A stretch of 64,000 bases of DNA from Nitrososphaeraceae archaeon (GTDB taxonomy: Archaea; Thermoproteota; Nitrososphaeria; Nitrososphaerales; Nitrososphaeraceae): NCBI GenBank assembly GCA_035297365.1, contig DATGZA010000014.1, positions 96,001 through 160,000 of the forward strand, given 5' to 3'. Below, in pieces: positions 51,054 to 62,365 of the stretch (its first letter is position 1; each line of letters starts with the position of its first letter). The notes below the pieces were generated by a model. The model worked only from the letters and a program-made list of their open reading frames with translations. It was not told the DNA's origin and searched no databases. The position numbers and the translations under genes are program-made.

Positions 51054-52115
51054 TCAAATTACTTTTACATCTTTGGCCAATTCATAGGCAGTTTTCCGAT
51101 CTAATTTATTCTTGCTTAATATCGTATATCTTTCTGGTCTTAGTGATTGGGCAATTACTAATGCTTGAACGACATCATTTTCATCTATATTTACTTGTGA
51201 TGCCTTAGTAGGTGCTCCTAGACTCTCAAGAGCTTCAATTATTTTCTCATAATCTAGACCTTGCAATTTAGCCATCATTATGGTGCCAAGACCAACCCTT
51301 TCACCATGTAGTCCGCAGAAATTGCCAGCAATATACTCTACAGCATGACTAAATAAGTGTTCAGATCCAGAACAGGGTCTACTACTACCTGCAATACATG
51401 CTGCAACTCCGGAACTAATTAAAGCTTCTATAATTGTCCTGACACCAATTTTCTTATTTTTTAACAATTCTTTTGATCTATTCATTATAATTGATGCACT
51501 CATTTGTGCGAGATTAGCTGAATAAGTTCCAAAGTATTCGTCTTTTTCCTCCTTAGCCAATTCCCAATCTTTTACGGCAGTTAATTTACCAATTAAATCT
51601 CCACATCCGCTAGATAATAGTCTTACTGGTGCCTCTGAAATAAGCTTTGTATCTGCTAATACCCCTATCGGAGTTGTCACTTTAATGGAGTAAGGTTTAT
51701 GTGTCCCTCGCAATGATACAAATGGACTCGCGATACCATCATGTGAAGCAGAAGTTGGAACACTAATAAAAGGTTTTTTCAAATAGAATGCTATCATTTT
51801 TCCTACATCTACAGATTTTCCTCCTCCAACTCCTAAAATAATATCAGGTTCAAGTTTTCTTATATCTGTCTCTGATTTAGCTACAATGTCTATAGAAGCT
51901 TCTTTTCTAATGTACCAATAACCATTTAGACCTTCTTTATGGAATGTTTCCTTAACGTGATCTTCAATTCTTTTTTTTACGTTTTCTCCAGATATCAGTA
52001 CAACGTTTACAATCTTGCTATTGATACTTTTTACAAAACTACCTAACGTAGAAATGACATTATCCCCGATTAAAATTTCTCTGGGTAATTCCATTAAATG
52101 AGAATTTATATCCAA
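51054..52115 (-). CDS. egsA: sn-glycerol-1-phosphate dehydrogenase
   Basis: GGGKSVD, PTSASHDGIASP, SRPCSGSEHLFSH, LHGE. Confidence 0.96.
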   Translation of the reverse strand: MDINSHLMELPREILIGDNVISTLGSFVKSINSKIVNVVLISGENVKKRIEDHVKETFHKEGLNGYWYIRKEASIDIVAKSETDIRKLEPDIILGVGGGKSVDVGKMIAFYLKKPFISVPTSASHDGIASPFVSLRGTHKPYSIKVTTPIGVLADTKLISEAPVRLLSSGCGDLIGKLTAVKDWELAKEEKDEYFGTYSANLAQMSASIIMNRSKELLKNKKIGVRTIIEALISSGVAACIAGSSRPCSGSEHLFSHAVEYIAGNFCGLHGERVGLGTIMMAKLQGLDYEKIIEALESLGAPTKASQVNIDENDVVQALVIAQSLRPERYTILSKNKLDRKTAYELAKDVKVI

Positions 52116-52194
52116 ATTAGCTTTCGATTATATTTCATTCAAATAAAATAAATTTATTTCTTAAATTAATTGTTGTTAATATTTCTGAATCATT

Positions 52195-52485
52195 TTATTT
52201 GTTTTGAATGGTTTCTGCTATCGCATAGCCCATTCCAACTCTTGTGATTTTTATTCTAACTTCGTCTCCTACCTTTGTGCCAGCTACAAAAATTACCATA
52301 CCTTCTATCTTGGCAACACCTGAATCTCCTCTTTTACTCATATCTTCTATCTTAACATCATACTCTTCGCCTACTTTTACAGGGATCCTAAAGGATCTAA
52401 ATTTACGAAAACCTCCATCCTTTTCCCCCTCCTCTCTAGTGGAATTCTTGTTTTCTAAACTATTTTCTCTATCCACGTTTTCCAA
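52195..52485 (-). CDS. single-TRAM-domain protein
   Basis: PVKVGEEYDVKIED..KRGDSGVAKIEG. Confidence 0.9.
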   Translation of the reverse strand: MENVDRENSLENKNSTREEGEKDGGFRKFRSFRIPVKVGEEYDVKIEDMSKRGDSGVAKIEGMVIFVAGTKVGDEVRIKITRVGMGYAIAETIQNK

Positions 52486-52635
52486 TCTTTATTCGTATCT
52501 GACTTATTATTCATTACTATTTCAACTTTTTTTTTATTAATAGTAAAGGATAAATATTTTCACTATTAATTTATTACAATTGATTTATATTCCATATAGA
52601 TTTTTTTTAACTTTAAAAAATTATAGGAAAATAAT

Positions 52636-54510
52636 ATGACGTTTACAAATTTCGATAATGGAAATTCTAATCAAAATATAATGAGCGTTATTTTGAAAAG
52701 TCTTCCAAAAGAATCAGGTTTGACTAAGATCGAATACGAAGGACCGGCGATAGCCCTATACACTCGTAATCCGAAATTTTTGATTGAAAATTCTCAAGCT
52801 TTGACAAATATGGTTAGTATCATCCGAAAAAGGATTGTGATTAGAACCGACGAATCCATAAGAAAATCAGAAAAAGAATCGTCATCAATCATAAGAAAAT
52901 ATTTTACTTCAAATAATGTAAAAAAGATTTTTTTTGACTACGCATTAGGTGAAATAATGATTTACACGAACGATCTTTCAGAACTTGCGTCAAAAGATGG
53001 GAAATTGAATATTCTAGACCTAATTGCTGAAACAGGATGGAAGATCAAGATCAGAAAATCTCCAAATATCCTTCCTTCAATTCAATTCATAAATGAAGTA
53101 TTGAACGATGCTACTGATTATCGAATAAAATTTTATAAAAAAGTTGGGGAAAATCTTTTCCGGTCAAAGCTAAGTAACATTCATGAAGCTAGTGTGTTAA
53201 CATTGGGAGGCTTTGGAGAAATAGGCAGATCCTGTTTTTTACTCGTTACTAGTGAAAGCAAAATTTTATTGGATTGTGGAATTAATGTTCAAGATAACAA
53301 ATCAATACAACATTTCCCAAGATTGGATATTACTGGTTTTCGAATTGAAGAAATCGATGGGGTAGTAATTAGTCATGCACATATGGACCATATTGGATTT
53401 CTACCTTTTCTTTTTAAATATGGATATCGTGGACCAGTCTATTGTACAGAACCGACATTGCCTTTGATGGCTTTGCTTTTTCTAGATTATTGCAAAAATC
53501 ATGGTATATACTCGAACTATGATATTAAAAATGTCATAATACATACTATCACGTTGAATCTAGGTGAAGTGACTGATATAACACCGGATATTAAATTAAC
53601 CTTATATAATTCTGGACACATTCTAGGTTCAGTATCTACTCACCTTCATATTGGAAATGGTGATCATAATGTCGTATACACTGGTGATCTAAAATTCGGG
53701 AAAACTAATCTACTTGATAATGCATCTTGGAATTTTCCCCGAGTAGAAACATTGATAATTGAAGGTACTTTTGGATCTAGGGATTCCCCACATAAACGTG
53801 ATGAATATGGTCCATTTCTGATTGAAAGCATTAATCAGACTCTAAGATCAAATGGAAAAGTTTTAATTCCCATTCCAATTATAGGCCTTTCTCAGGAACT
53901 TATATACACATTAAACCAATATCAAAATTCTGGTGTATTGGATCCAGTGCCTATATTTGTGGATAATTCCATTCTTGAATCTGCCAATATTTATGAAATG
54001 TATCATGAGTATCTTTCAAAAGATCTAAAAGAAAAAGTGCCAATTTACAATACAAACATATTCAATCATGACAATCTTATATCAATTCCATCAAGGTCAA
54101 AAATCGATAAACCCGCAGTTATTTTAGCTCCGTCTTCAATGTTGGTGGGAGGAACTTCAGTGAGGATCTTGAAACAAATAAGTAAAGATCCAACTAATAA
54201 AATCTTATTGCTGTCTTATCAAGCTCAAGGAACACCCGGAAATGAAATTCAATTAGGAGCCAAAGAGATATTCATTAATGGACAAAAAATTGATATCAGA
54301 TGTAAAGTAGATTCTATACATGGCTTTAGTAATCATAGTGACTACAATCAACTTCTCGCCTATGTTAGCCGTCTAAAGCCAAAACTTAAACGGGTAATTG
54401 TAAATCATGGAGAAAAACCTAGAGTCCAAAATTTAGCCGTTTCCATTAACAAGATTCTTAATATTCCTTGTCATTATCTTTTAGTACCTGAAGCAACAAA
54501 ACTCTTATGA
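52636..54510 (+). CDS. aCPSF1-like beta-CASP ribonuclease
   Basis: KIEYEGP, GGFGEIGRS, HAHMDH, GHILGS, YTGD, HSD, NHGE. Confidence 0.9.
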   Translation: MTFTNFDNGNSNQNIMSVILKSLPKESGLTKIEYEGPAIALYTRNPKFLIENSQALTNMVSIIRKRIVIRTDESIRKSEKESSSIIRKYFTSNNVKKIFFDYALGEIMIYTNDLSELASKDGKLNILDLIAETGWKIKIRKSPNILPSIQFINEVLNDATDYRIKFYKKVGENLFRSKLSNIHEASVLTLGGFGEIGRSCFLLVTSESKILLDCGINVQDNKSIQHFPRLDITGFRIEEIDGVVISHAHMDHIGFLPFLFKYGYRGPVYCTEPTLPLMALLFLDYCKNHGIYSNYDIKNVIIHTITLNLGEVTDITPDIKLTLYNSGHILGSVSTHLHIGNGDHNVVYTGDLKFGKTNLLDNASWNFPRVETLIIEGTFGSRDSPHKRDEYGPFLIESINQTLRSNGKVLIPIPIIGLSQELIYTLNQYQNSGVLDPVPIFVDNSILESANIYEMYHEYLSKDLKEKVPIYNTNIFNHDNLISIPSRSKIDKPAVILAPSSMLVGGTSVRILKQISKDPTNKILLLSYQAQGTPGNEIQLGAKEIFINGQKIDIRCKVDSIHGFSNHSDYNQLLAYVSRLKPKLKRVIVNHGEKPRVQNLAVSINKILNIPCHYLLVPEATKLL

Positions 54511-54591
54511 CCATCGAGATATTCAATTTCATTTGCTTTTTCTTTAACGCCAAGCATTAGACTTAAACATGCTAGTCTTTCTTTAAATGAT

Positions 54592-55305
54592 ATGAATAAG
54601 GAAAATTCCATCAAGTCTTCACTCGACCTTATTTCTAAAAAATGGTATATTGATCCGAAAATCTATGACATTCATCTCGGAAAACGAAAGGATGTATTAG
54701 ATACATTAATTCAGATCAATCAAGTTACCTTTCACGTTCCTAAGTTATCTGATGAGAACCTTTTTGTAATATGGAAGTGTTTGTGGCCAGATTGTCATAA
54801 TTGTTGTGAAAAACAAGGCCGATTGCCATTAACAGAAGATGATATTAATAACATTTGCAAAAAACTCGGATATCCTTCAAAACCCGATTTCATAAGAAAT
54901 GAAACGAACATATCAACGTGGGAAGAAGAAGGTAACTTTGGTAATTTAATCAGTATTACAACAATGATCTCTTTAAAAAGAAAAAAAGATGAAAAAGTAG
55001 AAGATGATGGAAATCCTATTAGATGCAGATTCTTAGATAAGGAAGGATATTGTCAAATTCAATCAGACAAACCTGGCGTTTGTTGGTTATATCCATTTGC
55101 TTCATGGACAGAATCTTCTAATGGAAAACCCAGAGTCCATGCTACTTTTCAATTTACAGGAGATTGTCCTGGTTATTATCTCAGTGAAACAATAGATGAC
55201 TTGATTCCAATATTAAATGAATATTCGATTAAAATCTATAATTACAATATGAGTGTTAATAGGACCATAAGAGATGGTTTAGGCATCTCCAATATTATTT
55301 ATTAA
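54592..55305 (+). CDS. YkgJ-family Cys-cluster protein
   Basis: C..PDCHNCC, CRFLD..G.C.I...KP.VC.LYPF. Confidence 0.85.
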   Translation: MNKENSIKSSLDLISKKWYIDPKIYDIHLGKRKDVLDTLIQINQVTFHVPKLSDENLFVIWKCLWPDCHNCCEKQGRLPLTEDDINNICKKLGYPSKPDFIRNETNISTWEEEGNFGNLISITTMISLKRKKDEKVEDDGNPIRCRFLDKEGYCQIQSDKPGVCWLYPFASWTESSNGKPRVHATFQFTGDCPGYYLSETIDDLIPILNEYSIKIYNYNMSVNRTIRDGLGISNIIY

Positions 55306-55431
55306 TCTTTATTGAGGTTAAAAAATTTGATATTTGACCCTATAAGTTAGACACGTTAATAAATAGCCTTTGTATATAAAGCAGATAGATTTAGATTTTT
55401 CCTTAAATGACATTAGATAAACTAAATATTT

Positions 55432-55857
55432 ATGCGGGTGCTACTAGGTATTATGAATTCCAGTATTAACAATCCATCCAATCTTAAGACAGGAGCAGAT
55501 TTATTGTTAAAAGGAGGCTCTCTATTAGATATTTCTTGTAGTAAATGCGGCGGGGTACAAATTCGCTACAAGACAAAAATAACGTGTATTAATTGTGGCA
55601 AAGAGACACCAGAAATTAAAGATGACGTTGACACAAATTCTTTGGACCTACATTATGAAAAAAACGATGCTCATGAAAATCAATTAAATTCTAATATCGC
55701 TATCTTAGGATTTGACAAAATCATCATTCAAAAAATCTCAAATTTGTTGAATAGCCTAAAAGATGATAACGATCTTTTAAATCAAAATACCAAGCTAGAA
55801 CTGATAATTAAATACTTGGAAATACTAGAAAAAATCCCTAAAATTTTAAGAACTTAA
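55432..55857 (+). CDS. autoantigen p27/UPF0148-family zinc protein
   Basis: GADLLLKGGSLL..SCSKCG...CINC; start may be 55453. Confidence 0.85.
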   Translation: MRVLLGIMNSSINNPSNLKTGADLLLKGGSLLDISCSKCGGVQIRYKTKITCINCGKETPEIKDDVDTNSLDLHYEKNDAHENQLNSNIAILGFDKIIIQKISNLLNSLKDDNDLLNQNTKLELIIKYLEILEKIPKILRT

Positions 55858-55915
55858 CAATCCCTTGTTTTTGGATTTGTTTTTGGGTTGTTTCCTGATA
55901 ATTAGTACAAATGAA

Positions 55916-56980
55916 CTAAATTCGCATATTTTCAACCTGTTGATTGTCCATTGGAAAAATTTTGACTTCTTTTTCATTATCGTCGGTAATTATTCTTACT
56001 ATTGATAGATCATTCTTTGGTGCATCGGAATATCTTAGTCCTATTCTTGCAGAAATCTCAATTTCACTCTCTGTTGTTTCCTTAGCTCTCAATATACATG
56101 TTGGACCGACATAATCTTTTACTTTTAAAATTATATCCCTTTTTAATTTCATCACATCTATCATATCATTCTCCTGCTTGTTTCTACCAACAATAAGTTT
56201 ATTATTTTTGGACAATCTGAAATGTCTTCCTATTTTTAATAATTCAACGTCATTCGTATCAGGAATATCGTTACTGTGGGAATAAAGATCTCTTACTCTT
56301 TTAGAGAATGCAGGATCTGTTAATAAACATCCACCAGCAGAATTTGGGGCGTTGATGATTTCAAAGTTCTCGGCTAATTTCAATTGAACCTTTCTAGATC
56401 TGCCTGTGATATTTCCTAAAAATTCTCTTTTGATCAACCCATCTTTTTCCGCTTGTGTAACAGGTAATTTTTTAAATGATAATGGTCTTACTATCAATCC
56501 ATTAGTACCTGTTTCCTTTTCGATAATTTTTAAAGCGTTACTATTTTGACTCATTGGTCTTTGACCTAGAACCTCACCAGTAATGATAAAATCCGCCTCT
56601 ATTTTTTTCATATGATCTTTAGCTGCCATATACATCATACTCCTACAATCAATGCAAGGATTCATTCCTGAACCATAACCATATTTGGGATTCTTCAACA
56701 TCTTCAAATATTCTCGACCAAAATAAACAGTTTTCAGATTTACTCCCAATTCTTCAGCAACCTCTTGAACCCGATGGCCACAACCTTTTCCACAGTCAAA
56801 ATCACAAAATGGTGTTTTGATAGCTATAGCTTCAACTTTTACCCCTTGCTCTTGTACCATTCTTATTGCTAAATTACTATCCAACCCACCAGATAACAAT
56901 GCTACCGCCTTCACCTTTGTTTTTTTGTCTTTAGATATTTTCTTTATAAATTCACTCGATTTGCTATGGGCAGGCCTCAT
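55916..56980 (-). CDS. ThiI/MnmA-like tRNA thiolation PP-loop protein with DUF814-like C-terminus
   Basis: LLSGGLDS, NPCIDC, GEVLGQRPMSQ, AGGCLLTD, GRHFR, VGRN. Confidence 0.85.
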   Translation of the reverse strand: MRPAHSKSSEFIKKISKDKKTKVKAVALLSGGLDSNLAIRMVQEQGVKVEAIAIKTPFCDFDCGKGCGHRVQEVAEELGVNLKTVYFGREYLKMLKNPKYGYGSGMNPCIDCRSMMYMAAKDHMKKIEADFIITGEVLGQRPMSQNSNALKIIEKETGTNGLIVRPLSFKKLPVTQAEKDGLIKREFLGNITGRSRKVQLKLAENFEIINAPNSAGGCLLTDPAFSKRVRDLYSHSNDIPDTNDVELLKIGRHFRLSKNNKLIVGRNKQENDMIDVMKLKRDIILKVKDYVGPTCILRAKETTESEIEISARIGLRYSDAPKNDLSIVRIITDDNEKEVKIFPMDNQQVENMRI

Positions 56981-57063
56981 TAACTTCTTAAATTATTAAT
57001 CTATATTTATTGTTAAGTTAATAAATATAAAATATATTAATGACAAAAATTAGTAAATGAATT

Positions 57064-57204
57064 ATGGTTCTAGAATCAATACCCAATTTCGATTCCTACG
57101 TGCTGATCGCAGTAGGTTTATTCATTGCTGGTCTATTTTCGATAATGGCTTATGAAAAAACTAATTCACAATCAAAACAGGAGAAATCAACAGATCGTCA
57201 ATAA
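57064..57204 (+). CDS. small single-TM protein (46 aa)
   Basis: Manual ORF MVLESIPNFDSYVLIAVGLFIAGLFSIMAYEKTNSQSKQEKSTDRQ. Confidence 0.5.
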   Translation: MVLESIPNFDSYVLIAVGLFIAGLFSIMAYEKTNSQSKQEKSTDRQ

Positions 57205-59962
57205 TAAGTTTAGTCCATCGAAGGCTGAATTTGAACATATTGAAAAAATCATAAGCACTCAATATTATGATTATGGGTTTAATTCGCTTACTCGTATACA
57301 AAACTTAGCTTTAAAGGTGATAGTCAGAGATTATAATTGCCTCTTAGTAGCACCAACTGGATCAGGAAAAACAGAAGCTGCGGTATTACCTGTAATTAAA
57401 TTGCTTTCTTTATTTAAAGGAGAAGCAGGGATCAAAGTAATTTATGTGACCCCATTAAGATCTCTTAATAATGATGTTTTGCGTAGAATAATTCGATATG
57501 CTGCCACAGAGAAATTAACTGTCGAAATAAGACACGGTGACACCCCAGCCAAAACGAAAAAGAAAATAACTCATAATCCTCCAGATATCTTGATAACTAC
57601 ACCCGAATCGATTCCAATACTTTTAACTATCGAGAATCTGTTAAAAGCTTTTCAATCCTTAAAATGGGTTATTATTGATGAGGTCCATGAATTGGTTTCC
57701 AATGAACGAGGTTCTCATTTGTCTCTATCGCTTGAAAGATTGCAGCAACATTCTAGGAATATCATAACAAGAATAGGACTATCAGCAACATTGGGAAATG
57801 TAAAAGAAACAGGTAAGTTTCTTGTCGGATCGAATCAAAAATGTGCAATTCTTCAAGATCGATCTGTGAGAGAATATGATCTAAAGATAAAATTTGTGAA
57901 CGGTTCCATTTATAATGTAGCCAAATTTATTGTAGAATATATAAAGACGAATAATATTTCAGGTTCCGTTCTTCTATTTACCAACACAAGGGACGAAGCT
58001 GAATATTTTGGGACCATTCTTAAGACTCAAAAGGAAGTTAATGTAGACGTACACCATGGTTCTTTATCAAAAGAAATTCGCGAAGATGCTGAATACAAAT
58101 TAAGAACCGGTGCTGCGGGAATAGTCGTATGTACCTCTTCATTAGAATTAGGTTTGGATATTGGTTCTGTTGATCTGGTAATCCATTATGGGTCTCCCAG
58201 ACAAGTTTCAAAATTAATGCAAAGAATTGGGAGAAGTCGTCATCAAAACCGACGTTCAGCTAAAGGATTGATTGTTACTAATATTCCTGATGATGAAGTT
58301 GAGTGTATTGCATTAATTAGAAGAATGCAAAATAGATCTGTTGAACAACAATCAATACATCTCAAGTCTCTCGATGTTCTGTCCCATCATTTGGTAGGAT
58401 TGACGTTAGAAAGAAAGGATGACGTTAGTGTTGACAAAGCTTTTTCTATTGTGACAAGAGCATATCCTTTCCTTAATCTTTCAACACGTACTCTTGAATC
58501 CTGCTTGGATCTTCTTGATAGAAATAAAATAATAATGTATAATAGAGAAACCAATGTCTTTAGACGTAGAATCAAATCATACAAGTATTACTTTGAAAAT
58601 ATATCCATGATTCCTCATATTCTCAAGTTTCAAGTAATAGATATTATTAGTAAAAAAAGAATAGGAACATTGGATCAAAAATTCGTGGGTGATTATGGAG
58701 AGAAAGGAAATGTATTTGTACTCAAAGGTACCCAATGGAGGGTCATATCAATTGACGAATCGAAATTCGAGGTCAACGTAGAGCCATTATATGGAACTAA
58801 GATTAATGTTCCGCACTGGGTAGGTGAATTAATTCCAGTTGATTATTACACCGCTGAAGAAGTGGGAAAAGTCAGAAACTTGATAGTGGGAAAAAAAATA
58901 GGTGTAGACAATTCAGTAATAGATAATTTTTTCAATACATTCAATCTTGTTCCAGACACCAAAAAAATCGTAGTAGAAAGTTCTGATACTCAAAATCAAA
59001 TTGTCATTCATTCCACATTCGGTACAAAAGTAAATAATACCTTGTCATCCTTATTTTCTACAATTATTTCATCGAAATTAGGATATATAGTAGAAACTCG
59101 AAGTGATCCATATAGAATCCTTTTAACATCTTCTGCAAGAATTACTAAATTTCACATTCAATCTGTACTTGATGGTGATTACGATATCGAATCAATCCTG
59201 ATCGCGTCGCTAAATAATACTTATCTTTTAAATTGGAAAGTGTGGATGGTAGCGAAAAGACTTGGTATTATTAGTAAAGAGGCACTATATGATAAAAAAA
59301 TTGCAAGGTTGATTTATGATAGATACGCTAAAACACCACTAAGTGAAGAGTCGATCAGAGAATTAATTCATGAAAAATATGATATCTTACTAACTAGACA
59401 AGTATTAAATGATTCTAAAAAACAAATTATCAATTTGCATTGGCTTCGAATATCGGATTTCTCAGAATTAGCTAAACCAATCCTTGATCATTCAACTAAA
59501 TTTTCCTCAACCCCTACATCTATTGAGATCGGTGTTATAGAGCTTATCAAAGAAAGACTTGACAAGACGAAACAAAAACTTATATGTATACGATGCGGAA
59601 AATGGGAACGTATATTTACTGTCCATGAGACTCCTTCAAATATCGTATGCACATATTGTAAATCTCGACTCATAACACTTACTTCTTGGTATGATAACGA
59701 CCTCAAAAAAATAATATTAAAAAAAATTGAAAGAAAAATGTTAAAGGAGGACGAATCGCATAAGTTTGAACGTGCATGGAAAATATCTTCTTTGATAAAT
59801 AATTTTGGAAAGAAAGCTGTATTAGTACTTGCAGGATATGGAATCGGTGCTGATACAGCGGCAAGAATCCTGCGTGATTATGTAGACGATGAAGAAATAT
59901 TCAGACAAATATACAAGGCAGAACGACAATACGTAATGACAAGAGGATTTTGGGACAATTAG
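57152..59962 (+). CDS. Lhr-family SF2 helicase
   Basis: APTGSGKTE, TTPES, DEVHE, GLSAT, HHGSLS, QRIGRS; C-terminal Zn finger. Confidence 0.93.
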   Translation: MKKLIHNQNRRNQQIVNNKFSPSKAEFEHIEKIISTQYYDYGFNSLTRIQNLALKVIVRDYNCLLVAPTGSGKTEAAVLPVIKLLSLFKGEAGIKVIYVTPLRSLNNDVLRRIIRYAATEKLTVEIRHGDTPAKTKKKITHNPPDILITTPESIPILLTIENLLKAFQSLKWVIIDEVHELVSNERGSHLSLSLERLQQHSRNIITRIGLSATLGNVKETGKFLVGSNQKCAILQDRSVREYDLKIKFVNGSIYNVAKFIVEYIKTNNISGSVLLFTNTRDEAEYFGTILKTQKEVNVDVHHGSLSKEIREDAEYKLRTGAAGIVVCTSSLELGLDIGSVDLVIHYGSPRQVSKLMQRIGRSRHQNRRSAKGLIVTNIPDDEVECIALIRRMQNRSVEQQSIHLKSLDVLSHHLVGLTLERKDDVSVDKAFSIVTRAYPFLNLSTRTLESCLDLLDRNKIIMYNRETNVFRRRIKSYKYYFENISMIPHILKFQVIDIISKKRIGTLDQKFVGDYGEKGNVFVLKGTQWRVISIDESKFEVNVEPLYGTKINVPHWVGELIPVDYYTAEEVGKVRNLIVGKKIGVDNSVIDNFFNTFNLVPDTKKIVVESSDTQNQIVIHSTFGTKVNNTLSSLFSTIISSKLGYIVETRSDPYRILLTSSARITKFHIQSVLDGDYDIESILIASLNNTYLLNWKVWMVAKRLGIISKEALYDKKIARLIYDRYAKTPLSEESIRELIHEKYDILLTRQVLNDSKKQIINLHWLRISDFSELAKPILDHSTKFSSTPTSIEIGVIELIKERLDKTKQKLICIRCGKWERIFTVHETPSNIVCTYCKSRLITLTSWYDNDLKKIILKKIERKMLKEDESHKFERAWKISSLINNFGKKAVLVLAGYGIGADTAARILRDYVDDEEIFRQIYKAERQYVMTRGFWDN

Positions 59963-59968
59963 CTATTT

Positions 59969-61417
59969 TTAATTTATTTTTCTAATTTCAGAAAATCCTT
60001 TTAACGTTATTTCAATTTTATTCTCTCTTCCCATTCCTGCAACTGCTCCAATAACTTTAATTCGATTGCCCACAACCAGTTTTGAAATTAGGCGACTCTG
60101 CTCTCTCCATCCTGTTAATCGAATTTCTCCAGTATCGTCTCCTATAAGGGTATCACTTACTGTAACATTTTCTCCACTCTTTGTTGTTATTTCTGACGTA
60201 TTGGGAGATTGTAAAACAATTGCTTCTATTATGTAAGGTTTATCAGAAATTTCTATATTCTTAATTTTTGATTCTAGCTCTAGTTCATCAGGGAAAGACT
60301 CGTACTTGTCATCTATAATTCTAATAAATGAATCTTCATCGGTAAAATAAAAAATATTTCCAAACACCTTATTAGGTATTCCTTCAATAATTGTATTAGC
60401 GATTATTTCTTCATTAATTATTTTACGATCTATCACTACAGAAACAAAATTCCTATTTTTGTCTATAGCCAGGTAGTTTTCATTTAGGTTGTCTTCTATG
60501 TTCGAATTTGAGATGATTTTCAAAATTACTACCTTTCCCTCTTCTACTTTCTCCTCTGAATCAACGATCTCTATTATGGTAGCTTCGTCTCCATGTATTT
60601 CTAATTCTTCTCCGCTATATTGAGGATTTCCTTGTTTGATTCTTACTCCCGTTAACTTTATTTTAGAACCACTGATAAAAATATCAGGAATTTTATCTTC
60701 GTTTATGTTCCAAATAATGCTTCGAAGAGATCTACTTTTATCTTCATTTGATAGTATCACTTGTAATGATTTGCCAGGTTCATTCCTAAAGTTGGTGTAT
60801 CTTGATATTCTTGGATTGGATGATATATATCCAGTTACTACAATATTTTCTATGGGTTCTCGTATTTCTCCAATATTTTTGGTTCGTTGGTCAATTGATG
60901 GGATATCTGTATCATCTTTAATTGTCTCTAATATGCCTCTTGTACCTAAATTTATGATGGGCTTGTTATCTAAGCCGGACTTAACATAACCATGTGAAAT
61001 TTTTATGATGTCACCAGGTTTTAGTTTCTCATTTTCAGGAAAATTAACATGATTATCCCATAGTCTCAATTTAATGGATGAAAAGCTATCATAGATTGTT
61101 AATGTTCTAGTCTGTATTTCCTCATTTGTGTCTCTTCTTGTATATCTCTTAATTGGATATACGTTTATTATTCTTGCAATAAGGTTAACATCGTTTGCTC
61201 CGATGTAAAGGTCCTTTATATAGGTTCGAACATCTTGTGCACTATCGAATGATATACCAAGATCCGATGCTACTAGAAATAATGCACCTTGGTCCGTCAA
61301 GTAACCAGCACCGATTTTTCTTTTCTTCTCATCTATTAGATCTCTTATTTCTTCAGCAGTTATTTCTGGCAGTTGCTTGAGAATAATTTCAATCATTTTC
61401 TTAAATTCTAGTGACAA
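59969..61417 (-). CDS. replication protein A-like multi-OB-fold protein
   Basis: GAGYLTDQGALFLVA; OB folds ending LRLWD and GDDTGEIRLTGW. Confidence 0.88.
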   Translation of the reverse strand: MSLEFKKMIEIILKQLPEITAEEIRDLIDEKKRKIGAGYLTDQGALFLVASDLGISFDSAQDVRTYIKDLYIGANDVNLIARIINVYPIKRYTRRDTNEEIQTRTLTIYDSFSSIKLRLWDNHVNFPENEKLKPGDIIKISHGYVKSGLDNKPIINLGTRGILETIKDDTDIPSIDQRTKNIGEIREPIENIVVTGYISSNPRISRYTNFRNEPGKSLQVILSNEDKSRSLRSIIWNINEDKIPDIFISGSKIKLTGVRIKQGNPQYSGEELEIHGDEATIIEIVDSEEKVEEGKVVILKIISNSNIEDNLNENYLAIDKNRNFVSVVIDRKIINEEIIANTIIEGIPNKVFGNIFYFTDEDSFIRIIDDKYESFPDELELESKIKNIEISDKPYIIEAIVLQSPNTSEITTKSGENVTVSDTLIGDDTGEIRLTGWREQSRLISKLVVGNRIKVIGAVAGMGRENKIEITLKGFSEIRKIN

Positions 61418-61811
61418 AGTATATCTATCATTTTATACTATATCACTATCCTATATGTTTTAATCCATTGCAAATTGATAACTTTTATTTTTTAGATATT
61501 ATTGAATTAAATTATCGAATAAAAAACATTTTTTCCTTTTAAATCATTCTTAAATCAATTAAATGTTTAAAAGCATTAAATTTACTATTTGTGGATAACT
61601 ATTCACAGTTCAACTGAATTATATCTTTGGTCAAAACTTTAAATAAATTAATACAATAATAATATGAAGACTATCATCATATTTATAATATCTCTGGTTT
61701 TCTTACCAAATGTTTTTGCACAAACTTCGACTGTTCTAATGATCAAAAGTATGCGAACTAATCATATTATCAACCTACCATTTTTATTAAGAGAATAAAT
61801 ATTCTATAGTT

Positions 61812-62138
61812 ATGATAATTCGTTATTTTGTGGAGCCTGAAATTAACTATGTTTATAATGAAAATGGTAATCTGGATTCTGAAATTCAATCAGGTTATGA
61901 CAGTGAAGTAATAGGAGATCTAGAATATTGTTGTGAAGCTTTAGGAAAAAATTTCTGGTTAGAATTGATGGATCCAGAATATTATGAAAATGACAATCCG
62001 AGGAAAATAAAGGAACCAAAGATAGTTCTTGGGTTTGCAAATTACTCCGGCGGTTATACAATTGCAGGTGGTGAAGATGGAATTAAATTTTGTCCGTTTT
62101 GTGGGGAAAAAATTGTTTTAGAATTAGTAGAACGATAA
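61812..62138 (+). CDS. hypothetical protein (YCC...FCPFCG)
   Basis: 108-aa ORF with Cys motifs. Confidence 0.7.
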   Translation: MIIRYFVEPEINYVYNENGNLDSEIQSGYDSEVIGDLEYCCEALGKNFWLELMDPEYYENDNPRKIKEPKIVLGFANYSGGYTIAGGEDGIKFCPFCGEKIVLELVER

Positions 62139-62365
62139 GAATTATTAAAAGTCACTGTTACAAGATTCTGAAAATTCGCAACTGATAATGATTAAAAATA
62201 TTCTTAAATAACATACATATAATAATAATTGCTGTTTGAATAGATGTTTGCATGAAATCTGAAGTATTTGATTTTCTTATTGAGGTTTTAATGACTTAGA
62301 AATAAATATGAATTTTTTAAAAGATATTATCTATATCGACCTCATAAATATGTAATACGACAAAT

